64,000 nt of DNA from an uncultured Chloroflexia bacterium (GTDB taxonomy: Bacteria > Chloroflexota > Dehalococcoidia > GIF9 > AB-539-J10), in the NCBI GenBank assembly GCA_963769975.1, contig CAVYNS010000003.1, positions 384,434 through 448,433 on the forward strand, read 5' to 3'. Below, piece after piece: positions 40,498 through 49,431 of this stretch. Numbering within the stretch: position 1 is the stretch's first letter; the number at the start of each line of letters is the position of its first letter. The notes below the pieces were generated by a model. It had not been told where the DNA came from. It did no database searches and saw nothing but the letters and a program-made list of their open reading frames with translations. The translations under genes and the position numbers were made by a program.

Positions 40498-40875
40498 GAG
40501 CAGCTCGGGGTGAGCAGCTCGAAAGCAGCTTTTTTGAAGCCCTGATTACGAAGGGTCTCTTGGGGCAACTAGTCAAAACCCAGAAGCAGCTTCTGAATTT
40601 ACGTTTGGCCGAGCAGCTCGGAGCGCTGCTCGGAGCAGCTTTTTTGACCCCCTGATTACGAAGGCGTTATCTTAAGGCAACTAATCAAGGTTCGGAAGCA
40701 GCTCAAGATTTTACGTTGGCCGAGCAGCTCCGAGCAGCTGCTCAAGCAGCTTTTTTGAAGCCCTGATTACGAAGGCGCTATCTTAAGGCAACTAATCAAG
40801 GTCCGGAAGCAGCTCAAGATTTTACGTTGGCCGAGCAGCTCCGAGCAGCTCAAAAGCAGCTTTTTCTTGAGGAGA
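40498..40875. repeat. non-coding tandem repeat, 111-bp unit, ~3.4 copies
   Basis: Units start at 40498, 40611, 40722 and 40833; each contains gagcagctc(g/c)g ... agcagcttttttga(a/c)gccctgattacgaagg ... aaggcaactaatcaagg. Confidence 0.8.
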
Positions 40876-40985
40876 TTCTCGAGATGGGGAAAGTAATTTG
40901 CTTTCCACCGTGCGAAAATCATTTACTATTCGGCGAAAACTGCGCTCCATAGTAAGCATTCCCTAGAGCATCCAAACGTGCTATA

Positions 40986-41516
40986 ATGAGGCTGCGGGTA
41001 AAAGCTAGGGCGTGGGCTCAAGCACACGCGGAGGGTAACATGGCCCAAGTATCAGTTACAATCGATGCTGTTAGACGTGGCACACTGCGGGATGTGTGGA
41101 CGCTACTACTAAAAGAGAAGGTAGCAGAAGGATACCCGTCAATTGGACTCTATTTTTTGCCAATCTGGATAAGCCCATCCCAGGCAGATATTATAATCGG
41201 TGAGCTCCTGCAGCGACCCGACAAGAGCACGACTCCTGATATCTTCCTGGCCAGTATCAACGCGATTGAGTCCAAGATTGAATGCGCCACAATTTATCTG
41301 GAGGGTGAGACGTTTTACGCCAGGCTGCAACTTTTTCATCACGATGAGGTTCGCGAAGTAAAATGTCCAATAGCCGTAGCGGTAGCCCTGGCGTCCAGGG
41401 CAGGAGCATCCACTTTGGTTGAAGAAGCAACATGGGACAAAGCTGCCCTGACGATAAATCGGGACTGGACATTGGGTGTTGGTAATGCTGTCCCAGCGAC
41501 CGGCAAAACTGGGTGA
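40986..41516 (+). CDS. DUF151-family bifunctional nuclease-like protein
   Basis: 176 aa; pattern LPIWIS ... EAxxI ... RP ... D ... ETFYARLQL ... VKCPIAVAVALA matches the BFN/DUF151 fold. Confidence 0.55.
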   Translation: MRLRVKARAWAQAHAEGNMAQVSVTIDAVRRGTLRDVWTLLLKEKVAEGYPSIGLYFLPIWISPSQADIIIGELLQRPDKSTTPDIFLASINAIESKIECATIYLEGETFYARLQLFHHDEVREVKCPIAVAVALASRAGASTLVEEATWDKAALTINRDWTLGVGNAVPATGKTG

Positions 41517-41722
41517 CGCTAGCGCTTGACCCTATATCGGCCCTACCAAAACAACCTCGGTGGAGACGGCTGCTCGGGAGACAGGGGTAAGCCTCGGACT
41601 GTCTTATCGCTAACGCCTTGCCACTTTTGTTGCGTAATGGTGCTTCAATCGGCACGGGAAGGTTAGTATTTCCGCTTTCAACCGTTATTCCTTTACCCTA
41701 GATAATTCAACAAAAGAATCAA

Positions 41723-41947
41723 TCAGGGTGCGCTTTTCCCATTGATTACGTCCCTCAGCTTTAGCCCGTTGGCCTTCAGGACCCCAAAGATATATGCCGG
41801 ACTGCAACCCAGCTCGGTGGCCGCCGCCACCACGTTACGGTGTGCCTTTAACGACTCACAAACGTTTTTGAATGGTATATTAAGCCGTCTGCGTCCTAAA
41901 CCATTCACCGTTACCATTCCCCCGCAGTGCGGACAAGTAACTTTCAC
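41723..41947 (-). CDS. small zinc-ribbon / HTH DNA-binding protein
   Basis: 74 aa; CPHCGG zinc ribbon followed by a helix-turn-helix-like segment. Confidence 0.45.
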   Translation of the reverse strand: MKVTCPHCGGMVTVNGLGRRRLNIPFKNVCESLKAHRNVVAAATELGCSPAYIFGVLKANGLKLRDVINGKSAP

Positions 41948-41974
41948 CCCGCTTTACTCTCCAAATTTTTTCTC

Positions 41975-42155
41975 TGACACTTTCGTGCCTACTGCGCATG
42001 GCTTTACGCACTGACACTTCACTGACAGTACTCTTGACACTTTACTGACACTTTCTGACACTTTCAAAGTGTCAGTGCGTGGGCTGACAATTGTCAGAGA
42101 ATTTTTTAGCTTCAATCCGTGCGTAAGTGTCAAAGTGTCAGAACTGTCAGTGTCT
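41975..42155. repeat. iteron array of the 9-mer TGACACTTT (at least 5 direct and 3 inverted copies)
   Basis: Direct copies at 41975, 42012, 42035, 42046 and 42055; inverted AAAGTGTCA copies at 42066, 42130 and 42139; a TGACAATTGTCA palindrome at 42086. Confidence 0.7.
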
Positions 42156-42165
42156 CTATACTTTT

Positions 42166-43416
42166 TCAAACCGCCTCGTATCTCCTGACTTGCCGTCCTC
42201 TATCCGTTTTCTGGTACGAGTTCTTGATTAGTCCAATCTTCGCAAGTGGCGCTACCAGGCTTTCGAGTTCCTTCGCTGATATTGAGAGCCGCCGGTAAAC
42301 TTCCCGCTCCGGGACCGACCCGCCCTCAGCCCGCAAAAATTCTAGTAATTTAATCTCTTGAGCCTTGCCACTTGACGTTCCGAAGCTGGCGAATACTTCA
42401 GTTACGCTCGCTTCTAGATAGTTCCCCACTGCAATCGCCGCTTCTAGGTGGTCTACTGATATACTCTCTGACATCGTGTCTGCCGCATAGAGTAAAGCTA
42501 TCTTCCAAATGAAGTCCTGAATCCTGACAATAAGCGTGGGTATCAATCCCGGTTGCTGACAGCGCCGGTAATATTCGTGGTAGTATTCCTCAAACAGTGT
42601 GCTTGCCTCGTCTGAGATGGTTATCTCACCGTTGGGCACGTCCTCAGCCCAGCTACGAATCTGATTCAACTCCCGAACTAGCTCATTGCGCTTGTCCAGG
42701 TCAACCTTTGGCGGATTCGGCATGGGGTCTTTTGGCAAGCCATAAAAGTAACACCAGCGATTTGCGAAGCCGCCGTATATGTCCCTCTCGGTGAGCGCCT
42801 TTTGTAGCCAATCCTGTGTCGTGCCCGCCATTATGGAGAGGAAAGGCTCTTTAGCTGGCTTCACGTCTTTTTGATGCACTGGCGGATTTAACAGGTCTGG
42901 AGAATCGTACAACTCGTTGAGCGCTGGGATAATGTTACCTAGCGAATCTTGTTTGGCCTTTGCCAGTAAAGATAGCAGCTCGCCAAGCTGTATGAGCCTG
43001 ACTTTCCGCTCTCCGGCCAGTTCATCCAGCAAGCCTTCATAGCTTCTGATTCCCCTAAGTGTTTTGAATGGCGGACTTGGGTCATCCTCTGAGTACGCGT
43101 GAAGCATGTCCAATACGCTGCGGCCCCTTGACCATGTGGTGTCTTTGCGTGTTAGCCCGCTTCTACCTACAAGGCAGTTAAAGAAGTTAGGGAATAGCCT
43201 TGTTGCGTGATACGTAAAAAGGCGCCTGCCGATGGTACACCCAAAGACTTGAAGAAACGTGGCATAGTGGAAGGCATCTGCCGCCTCGGTAGTATTTGCT
43301 ACCATATCTCGATAGTCTTTCAATAAGCCTCGCCATGCGATAGCGGGTATTTCCAGACTGGCCGGAGTAGTAATCGGCTTTGAGAGTGCCTTTTCCGTAA
43401 TTATTATCTCTGGCAT
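42166..43416 (-). CDS. primase-associated protein (DUF3987-like C-terminal domain family)
   Basis: 416 aa with no P-loop; overlaps the upstream primase gene by 13 nt; arrangement typical of integrative-element replication modules. Confidence 0.4.
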   Translation of the reverse strand: MPEIIITEKALSKPITTPASLEIPAIAWRGLLKDYRDMVANTTEAADAFHYATFLQVFGCTIGRRLFTYHATRLFPNFFNCLVGRSGLTRKDTTWSRGRSVLDMLHAYSEDDPSPPFKTLRGIRSYEGLLDELAGERKVRLIQLGELLSLLAKAKQDSLGNIIPALNELYDSPDLLNPPVHQKDVKPAKEPFLSIMAGTTQDWLQKALTERDIYGGFANRWCYFYGLPKDPMPNPPKVDLDKRNELVRELNQIRSWAEDVPNGEITISDEASTLFEEYYHEYYRRCQQPGLIPTLIVRIQDFIWKIALLYAADTMSESISVDHLEAAIAVGNYLEASVTEVFASFGTSSGKAQEIKLLEFLRAEGGSVPEREVYRRLSISAKELESLVAPLAKIGLIKNSYQKTDRGRQVRRYEAV

Positions 43417-44369
43417 AGCTGCCCCCCTGTCGCTAGTAAATCGTCCAACCCCTTAAACTCTGCGTTCCAATCAGCCTCAAAGGTGCGTATTCTACGCTTG
43501 ATTAGGCAAGCAATTAAGGCGTTCTTATGGAGATTGACAACAGGATAAGATAGCTTGTCCATGTCAAAGGCAACAATCGCCCTTGCTGGTGCGAGTTCAC
43601 GGACTATCGGTATAATGCCCGGCCAATTGCCAACACCAGGCACGGCCAAAACAACACGCTCCAGCCTCAGAGCGGCAATATCGGCTTTAATCGGCCCTTC
43701 GGTAATCCACATTTCGCTCTTAGTGGACACTGGCCCTGCTACATGTACCGGCGCTCCTGGAGAACAGCCGGCGAAGTAGCCGCGAGAGCTTAACCACCTA
43801 TAGCGGCTACCGTTCTCTGTGTTGTCACACCGGATTTGCAATCCTATAATACGGCGCTTAGTGTCCCTTACGGGTATCAGAATCCCGGCTGGGCCTGAGA
43901 GCCTAACTTCCTCAAACCCAAGCCAGAAGCCCGGGACGCCGATTAGCTTGAATCCCTTTGCTTTGAGACTTTGCACTACGCCGCGCCTCCCGTTTACCGG
44001 GAATGATTTGTACTCTAGTCTGAGAATCTCATCGTCCGTTAGTCCCCGGCGTTGTAAGTTTGTGCGGTGGGTATCTGATAGTGACAGTTCTACGAGCAGG
44101 GCGTGGTAAGCTCTGTCAAGCACGTCTGGCGCCGCTTTTGGTATTTGCTTTGCATCAGGTCTAGGCTTAGGTAGCGGTAATGACTTCATGGTGTCCAGTT
44201 TGTGTATCCAACCTGCACCTTTCTTGCCTGCGGGTTTATCACTCTCAATGCGAGCGCAGATAGCGGCTTCCCCATCCTGTGATATAAGACACCAATCAGG
44301 CTTACCGCATACCGGGCACAGGTTATGCTTGGTAACACGAATCCACTTGTTAGCCGTTGCCGTGGTCAT
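43404..44369 (-). CDS. zinc-ribbon + TOPRIM primase (P4-type/DnaG-like)
   Basis: 321 aa; CPVCGKPDWC ... AAIC zinc ribbon, then a TOPRIM with conserved E (ITEGP) and DxD (AFDMD). Confidence 0.6.
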   Translation of the reverse strand: MTTATANKWIRVTKHNLCPVCGKPDWCLISQDGEAAICARIESDKPAGKKGAGWIHKLDTMKSLPLPKPRPDAKQIPKAAPDVLDRAYHALLVELSLSDTHRTNLQRRGLTDDEILRLEYKSFPVNGRRGVVQSLKAKGFKLIGVPGFWLGFEEVRLSGPAGILIPVRDTKRRIIGLQIRCDNTENGSRYRWLSSRGYFAGCSPGAPVHVAGPVSTKSEMWITEGPIKADIAALRLERVVLAVPGVGNWPGIIPIVRELAPARAIVAFDMDKLSYPVVNLHKNALIACLIKRRIRTFEADWNAEFKGLDDLLATGGQLCQR

Positions 44370-44597
44370 TTCTTTCCCTCACTTTCAGCCTTCAATTCAC
44401 GCTGGCACTCAGCGATTAGACGTGAAAAGAACTTCCGCCACTGTTGCCACGCCAGCGGTGATGCTGGCGGCCCTGGCCGAATGCTCATAATGACCTTAAC
44501 TTCGGCCTTATCTCTTGTCTTCGTTGGCTGCTTCGCCATCATCTTTTCTTTTGAGAGGGCGTATAGTCAGTTCACCGTCTGCAATCATCTTGAAATC

Positions 44598-44804
44598 CTA
44601 TCTCTCCGAGTGAGGGATAACTTTTAGCAAATGGTCGGCAGTAATTGGAACCTTCTGTCCTGGTTTGATGTTGTGGGCATCAACGAACTCCCTGGGGAGA
44701 TTCAGGTAGTAGGAACCATTGATGCAAATCACCCGCCGATTCTCCGTAATGGGGTCATTCACTTTGTGTTTGACTCTGTTTTTCCTTAGGTTTACTTTTG
44801 ACAT
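44598..44804 (-). CDS. AbrB/MazE/SpoVT-family transcriptional regulator
   Basis: 68 aa; swapped-hairpin beta-barrel motif (VICINGSYYLNLPREFVD). Confidence 0.6.
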   Translation of the reverse strand: MSKVNLRKNRVKHKVNDPITENRRVICINGSYYLNLPREFVDAHNIKPGQKVPITADHLLKVIPHSER

Positions 44805-44876
44805 TTTAAAATTCTACCTCTAGAATTTTAGTATTGATTAAACAATATTGGGCCGATAATTCGGGAATAGTTAGAA

Positions 44877-45320
44877 ATGTGGCTGACCAGTCAGGAAGCA
44901 CTACGTAAGCTTCAACTAATGGGCGTGGGGAAAAAAGCCGCCGACTCGTTGTTAAGTGAAGATCAATTTAGGAACTGGATTGGGTCGGGCAAGGTGTGGT
45001 TTGAAATATGTGAAGGGCAAAAGAAATTTGATAGCGGACACATAGAAGAGGTGGGGAGTCGTTACATCAAGAGCAGTGGTCTGGCATATTCGATTTACCA
45101 CTTTGACAAGGATAGCGGACGGCGGCTTGAGTATATCAACAGCTATCAGTGTGGGGGGATGTGGTCTGTTAGCGACAGACAGGCTCAAAACATCATAGCG
45201 AGCGGCAAACCAGCTGCCTTCGGCTCCCCATTTTCAATCGTTCGGAAGATTGGCAGGGAGAATTTCGTGCTTCGAGAAGCAGCCGAAGACTATGCTAATA
45301 AAAGACGGGTTTTGGTGTGA
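44877..45320 (+). CDS. hypothetical protein (147 aa)
   Basis: ORF only. Confidence 0.4.
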   Translation: MWLTSQEALRKLQLMGVGKKAADSLLSEDQFRNWIGSGKVWFEICEGQKKFDSGHIEEVGSRYIKSSGLAYSIYHFDKDSGRRLEYINSYQCGGMWSVSDRQAQNIIASGKPAAFGSPFSIVRKIGRENFVLREAAEDYANKRRVLV

Positions 45321-45593
45321 CGATGAATAAAACTGTTATCCTCAGCGTTTTACTTGTGCTAAGCTCAGCGTTCTGGATTTCTGGCACCAGGGCTTCAATC
45401 TCAGAAGTTGCACAACATAGTTTAGTTAGCGTTCCCTGAGACTTACCTGCACATTATGGCTGATTGTTACCTTAGGATATCAGCTTATCAACCAATAGGC
45501 ACAGGCTTGAGACCACAGGTCGTCTTAGTACGTTGTCATAAGGTAATAAATTCCTTATAATAAACTCACCTGGCCTGAGAGGGAAGAGGCAAA

Positions 45594-48317
45594 GTGGTTG
45601 ACTACAGCATAGAGGTTTCAGTTACCGAGGGTACGACAAATACTGAGCGTGGAAACTTGTTAGTAGAGTTGATGCGCGATGTATTTGATGCGACTAACCA
45701 TACCAGTGGTCCGTCTATTAGGGTCACTGGTATGGAGATAGATACTACTGCTACTCATAATGTCACCGGCGAGAAGATATATGCCGAGTGCAAGGCTTAT
45801 AGAGAACCTATACCAGCAGATACTATTTCAAAACTATTGGGCAACGTTTTTCTTAAGAACGTAGACCAGGGATGGCTGGTAACTACATCTAAGCTTTCTA
45901 AGGACGCCGAGGGATCAAAGGAAGAGTGGGAGAAGAAACCTCCAGAAGAACGTCGTCGATTACAGGTCTACAATCCTCCTAGACTGCTAACTCTGTTAAT
46001 AGCTTCAAACCGTATCTTTGATCCAGCCAAGATAACAGCTACCTCAGGAACGGAGCAGGGTAACTGGTATTTTCTTCTGACTAATCTTGGTCGTTACTGG
46101 GCAAAGTTGGTAGTAGAGGCAGGCATACCGAGTAGAGTCATCGTCTATAATGCACAGACAGGCGTGTTAGTAAACGATGCGGAGCTTTTGAAAAAACTCA
46201 AACTGACTGACACTAGCCTCCGCGATTTCAATTGGCCAATTCCTTCTCCCAATGGTTCAGGGGTGGGAGAGTTGCTTGCCTACTTATCGGAAACGGTTGT
46301 TGATGTCGCGACTGGTGATACTTGGGCGGATTATCGTCCTGCCAGACCTCAAGACTTTGTGGGTCGGCATGATCTTCAAGATACTATGCGAGATTTATTT
46401 CTAGGTATTAGGAATAGAAGTACTAACACTCGTTTATTCTCAATAACTGGACCGTCGGGATGGGGTAAAAGTTCTTTAATTGCGAAACTACGGGACCGCT
46501 GTAGTAATAAGGCAAATCGTAAGAAATTTTACATGACTGCATTTGATATGAGAGCCGCCAAATCGTCAAACTATGTTTCCGCTGCTCTCCTAAGGTGTTT
46601 CTCGTCAGCGATCCAACGAAATTTTATTCTTCGGCCTGTTATGCCACTGCAAGTGGGAGCTCCCACAACGCCTCTTGAAAGTGAATCCTTACAAGATTGT
46701 TTACAACAGCTTAAAGATAAGAACAAAGTACTCATCTTAGTTTTTGATCAGTTTGAGGAGGTACTTACTAAACCCGAATTGAGGCAGCTATTTGATAGAC
46801 TTCGGTTACTCGCTTTGTCAGTGGATGCACAAAAAGAGAATCTTGTCCTTGGCTTTGCTTGGAAAAGCGATGCTTTTCTTCCACAAGATCACCCCGCGTA
46901 CTATCTTTGGCATCAACTCAAGGACAGACGTCTTGATCTGGCTGTGCCACGTTTTGGTTCAAAGGACGTCTCGCAAGCCCTAACACACTTCCAAACCGAA
47001 TTGGGACAACGCTTGAATCCTGTTTTACGCTCACAATTGGTACAGCATTGTCAAGGTTTTCCTTGGCTACTCAAAAAGCTGTGTATTCATGTTCTTAACC
47101 TCGTAAGACGTGATCTAAGTCAGCTGCAGGTGCTAGAGCGAGGACTAGATGTACGAGGACTGTTCGAAGCAGATTTAAGTGGGCTTTCCAGTAAGGAAAC
47201 ACTGTGCCTTAAAGAAATCGCGCGGTTGGCACCTGTTGAATGGGTACAAATTGTCGAACAATTCGGGAATGATACATACACTTCACTACTAGGTAAACTG
47301 TTGATAGTTCGTAGTGGCGACAGGCTGAACCCATATTGGGATATTTTCGGAGACTATCTGCGCACCAATGAAATCCCACATGTGCCTGTGTCTTTTCTGC
47401 CAGGAACTGAAATCCGAACTTTAGCAAGAGCAGCTGTTATTACTGTTATGAACAGGCCAGCAGGAGTCACATTAGAAAAACTGAGCACATCGCTGTCTAT
47501 AAATAGTAGGTCAGCAGGTAATGTTGTTCGAGATTTACAGATGTTTAGTCTTGCAGAGAGAAAAGGTGATCATATCGTTTCAACGATAGCTATCAAGGAG
47601 ACAAGAGATGCAGTCGCTGAGATCGCAAGACTAATCGCTCGCGCCTTAAATAACCACACCTTTACAATTATACTTCGTAGGAATGTAGCAAAGGGTTCAG
47701 AGATTACTGAACAGGATTTGCTTGGGTTCTTTAATGAGGCATTCCGGTATGCGTCACTCCGTGATGTCACAAAGAGAATGTACACACTCCGACTCGCCAA
47801 ATACTTGACGGCAACCCGCTTTCTCGAGCGTGTTCCTAGCGTATGGATACTCATTGATGAATTGACGGGACAGTTGATATTAATGCCAAGAGTTAGAGGT
47901 GCAGGTGAGTTTCTAGGAGATGCTCCTCCTGGAAGAGTTTTGGAGGTGCTGCAGAAGCTGTCGGAGTCTCCTGTGCCGAGAGCAGTCTTGAATAAGTCTC
48001 GTCTGAGGAACGCGACAGCATGTGCAATAATGCTGGAGCTCGCAAGCACACGTGATGGCATCGTTTACAGGCTAGAAGATACTAAGGACATGGAGGCTTC
48101 ACTAGTTGGAGCAGTAACCAACACTAGGTCTTTTAAGATAGTTTCAGAGCTTATCTGCAAATCTCCCAACATATCAGCAACGGAAATCGGTAAAACTCTG
48201 TCTGCCCACCTTGATTTGCCTTGGAGTGAGGCATCAAACCTTCGCCGTGGTAACGCGCTTCGTAGGTGGGTTCGGTGGTCGCAAAGTCAGACTTCCACAC
48301 GATCGGAGCCTGTATAG
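45594..48317 (+). CDS. STAND-type P-loop NTPase with an N-terminal Mrr-like PD-(D/E)xK nuclease domain (Avs-like antiviral STAND candidate)
   Basis: 907 aa; N-terminus GMEID ... EKIYAECKAY (D ... ExK); Walker A GPSGWGKSS; Walker B LILVFDQFEE; ~450-aa C-terminal helical region. Confidence 0.75.
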   Translation: MVDYSIEVSVTEGTTNTERGNLLVELMRDVFDATNHTSGPSIRVTGMEIDTTATHNVTGEKIYAECKAYREPIPADTISKLLGNVFLKNVDQGWLVTTSKLSKDAEGSKEEWEKKPPEERRRLQVYNPPRLLTLLIASNRIFDPAKITATSGTEQGNWYFLLTNLGRYWAKLVVEAGIPSRVIVYNAQTGVLVNDAELLKKLKLTDTSLRDFNWPIPSPNGSGVGELLAYLSETVVDVATGDTWADYRPARPQDFVGRHDLQDTMRDLFLGIRNRSTNTRLFSITGPSGWGKSSLIAKLRDRCSNKANRKKFYMTAFDMRAAKSSNYVSAALLRCFSSAIQRNFILRPVMPLQVGAPTTPLESESLQDCLQQLKDKNKVLILVFDQFEEVLTKPELRQLFDRLRLLALSVDAQKENLVLGFAWKSDAFLPQDHPAYYLWHQLKDRRLDLAVPRFGSKDVSQALTHFQTELGQRLNPVLRSQLVQHCQGFPWLLKKLCIHVLNLVRRDLSQLQVLERGLDVRGLFEADLSGLSSKETLCLKEIARLAPVEWVQIVEQFGNDTYTSLLGKLLIVRSGDRLNPYWDIFGDYLRTNEIPHVPVSFLPGTEIRTLARAAVITVMNRPAGVTLEKLSTSLSINSRSAGNVVRDLQMFSLAERKGDHIVSTIAIKETRDAVAEIARLIARALNNHTFTIILRRNVAKGSEITEQDLLGFFNEAFRYASLRDVTKRMYTLRLAKYLTATRFLERVPSVWILIDELTGQLILMPRVRGAGEFLGDAPPGRVLEVLQKLSESPVPRAVLNKSRLRNATACAIMLELASTRDGIVYRLEDTKDMEASLVGAVTNTRSFKIVSELICKSPNISATEIGKTLSAHLDLPWSEASNLRRGNALRRWVRWSQSQTSTRSEPV

Positions 48318-48454
48318 ACCCCTTGCTGAACTTGTGTACAAACAAGGTCTTCATTAGGTTTATTAGGTGCTCGGTGAGGGTGAAATTAATATAGCTTATT
48401 CATGGTTAGGTAGCTGACACATTTCTAATAATCCGTCCCGACGTCACAATATGA

Positions 48455-48500
48455 CGAATTGTTACGCTAGAGGTAACAAAACAGGCTTTTGTGACTTTAA
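48455..48500. repeat. mosaic intergenic repeat family, partial copy E
   Basis: ttgttacgctagaggtaacaaaacaggcttttgtgac matches the 3' module of copies B and C. Confidence 0.45.
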
Positions 48501-48567
48501 GCCGTTGTTCTCCTCCTTCTGCCCTATGTTCTAGACAGACAATATGTTGAACCTCTAGACTATAGAC

Positions 48568-49329
48568 ATGGCACGAGAAACTTGGCATCAACCAACTATG
48601 GTAGAGAAGCGTGAAACCAGTATTAATGGGCAAACCATCACATATACAGTCAAGCGAAGCCTTAGGGCAAGGCATGTTCGGCTCGAGGTGAGACGGCAAA
48701 CGGGGCTTACGGTAGTTGTTCCTCACTCTTACAAGATTGGGCAACTCCCTAGACTTCTAGAATCGAAGGAACGATGGATCTCAAGTAGCTTGGCAAGATG
48801 TAGCAATTTCCAATCGCCTTATGCCGAGAAGGAACTCGGGAGTGGCGATACTGTCCCCTATCTTGGCCGAGACTTGAAGCTAGTCAAGCGGGAAAACCAC
48901 AGTGAAGTTGATAGTGTAACGCTAGAGGGAGATACACTGGCAGTGAGTCACGGATTATTTAAAAATGGTATCTTGGAGTTGGCTTTGGAACAGTGGTATC
49001 GGGCGGAGGCTGCTAGGCTGATAAACGAGAGAGCAGATAGGCTGAGTTCTCAGATGGGCATTCACTGCAAACGAATTGTCATACGAGGTCAAAAGACTCG
49101 CTGGGGCAGCTGCTCTCATAAGAAAAATCTTAGCTTTAACTGGAAACTAATAATGGCGCCAGAGCCTGTGATCGACTATGTTGTTATCCATGAACTTGCC
49201 CATCTGAAAGAGATGAATCATTCAAAGAGGTTCTGGGAATTGGTAGCTCAACACTGTCACAGATGGCGGGAGTATAAGAAGTGGCTCAGGCAACACGAGG
49301 CAAACCTTACTGCGAAACTCTGTCCCTAG
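48568..49329 (+). CDS. DUF45/YgjP-family metal-dependent hydrolase (WLM/SprT-like HExxH)
   Basis: 253 aa; HELAHLKEMNH zinc-binding motif. Confidence 0.75.
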   Translation: MARETWHQPTMVEKRETSINGQTITYTVKRSLRARHVRLEVRRQTGLTVVVPHSYKIGQLPRLLESKERWISSSLARCSNFQSPYAEKELGSGDTVPYLGRDLKLVKRENHSEVDSVTLEGDTLAVSHGLFKNGILELALEQWYRAEAARLINERADRLSSQMGIHCKRIVIRGQKTRWGSCSHKKNLSFNWKLIMAPEPVIDYVVIHELAHLKEMNHSKRFWELVAQHCHRWREYKKWLRQHEANLTAKLCP

Positions 49330-49431
49330 AAATAGCCTTGATTGCACATTTTGGACATTTGTTATTGAAACAAATGCCCAAAATAGGGCCGAGAGGGGCG
49401 TATCAGTTCGTCCTGAAGTGCTTCAGTCGCG

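Noticed and set aside
40498-40875. Possible CRISPR array
   Set aside because: The period is 111 bp with no alternation of conserved repeats and unique spacers. There are no cas genes. It is a plain tandem repeat.
41954-42169. 71-aa ORF across the iteron array
   Set aside because: Its sequence is just the periodic translation of the TGACACTTT repeats (TDT/SVSKVS repeats), so it is not a real gene.
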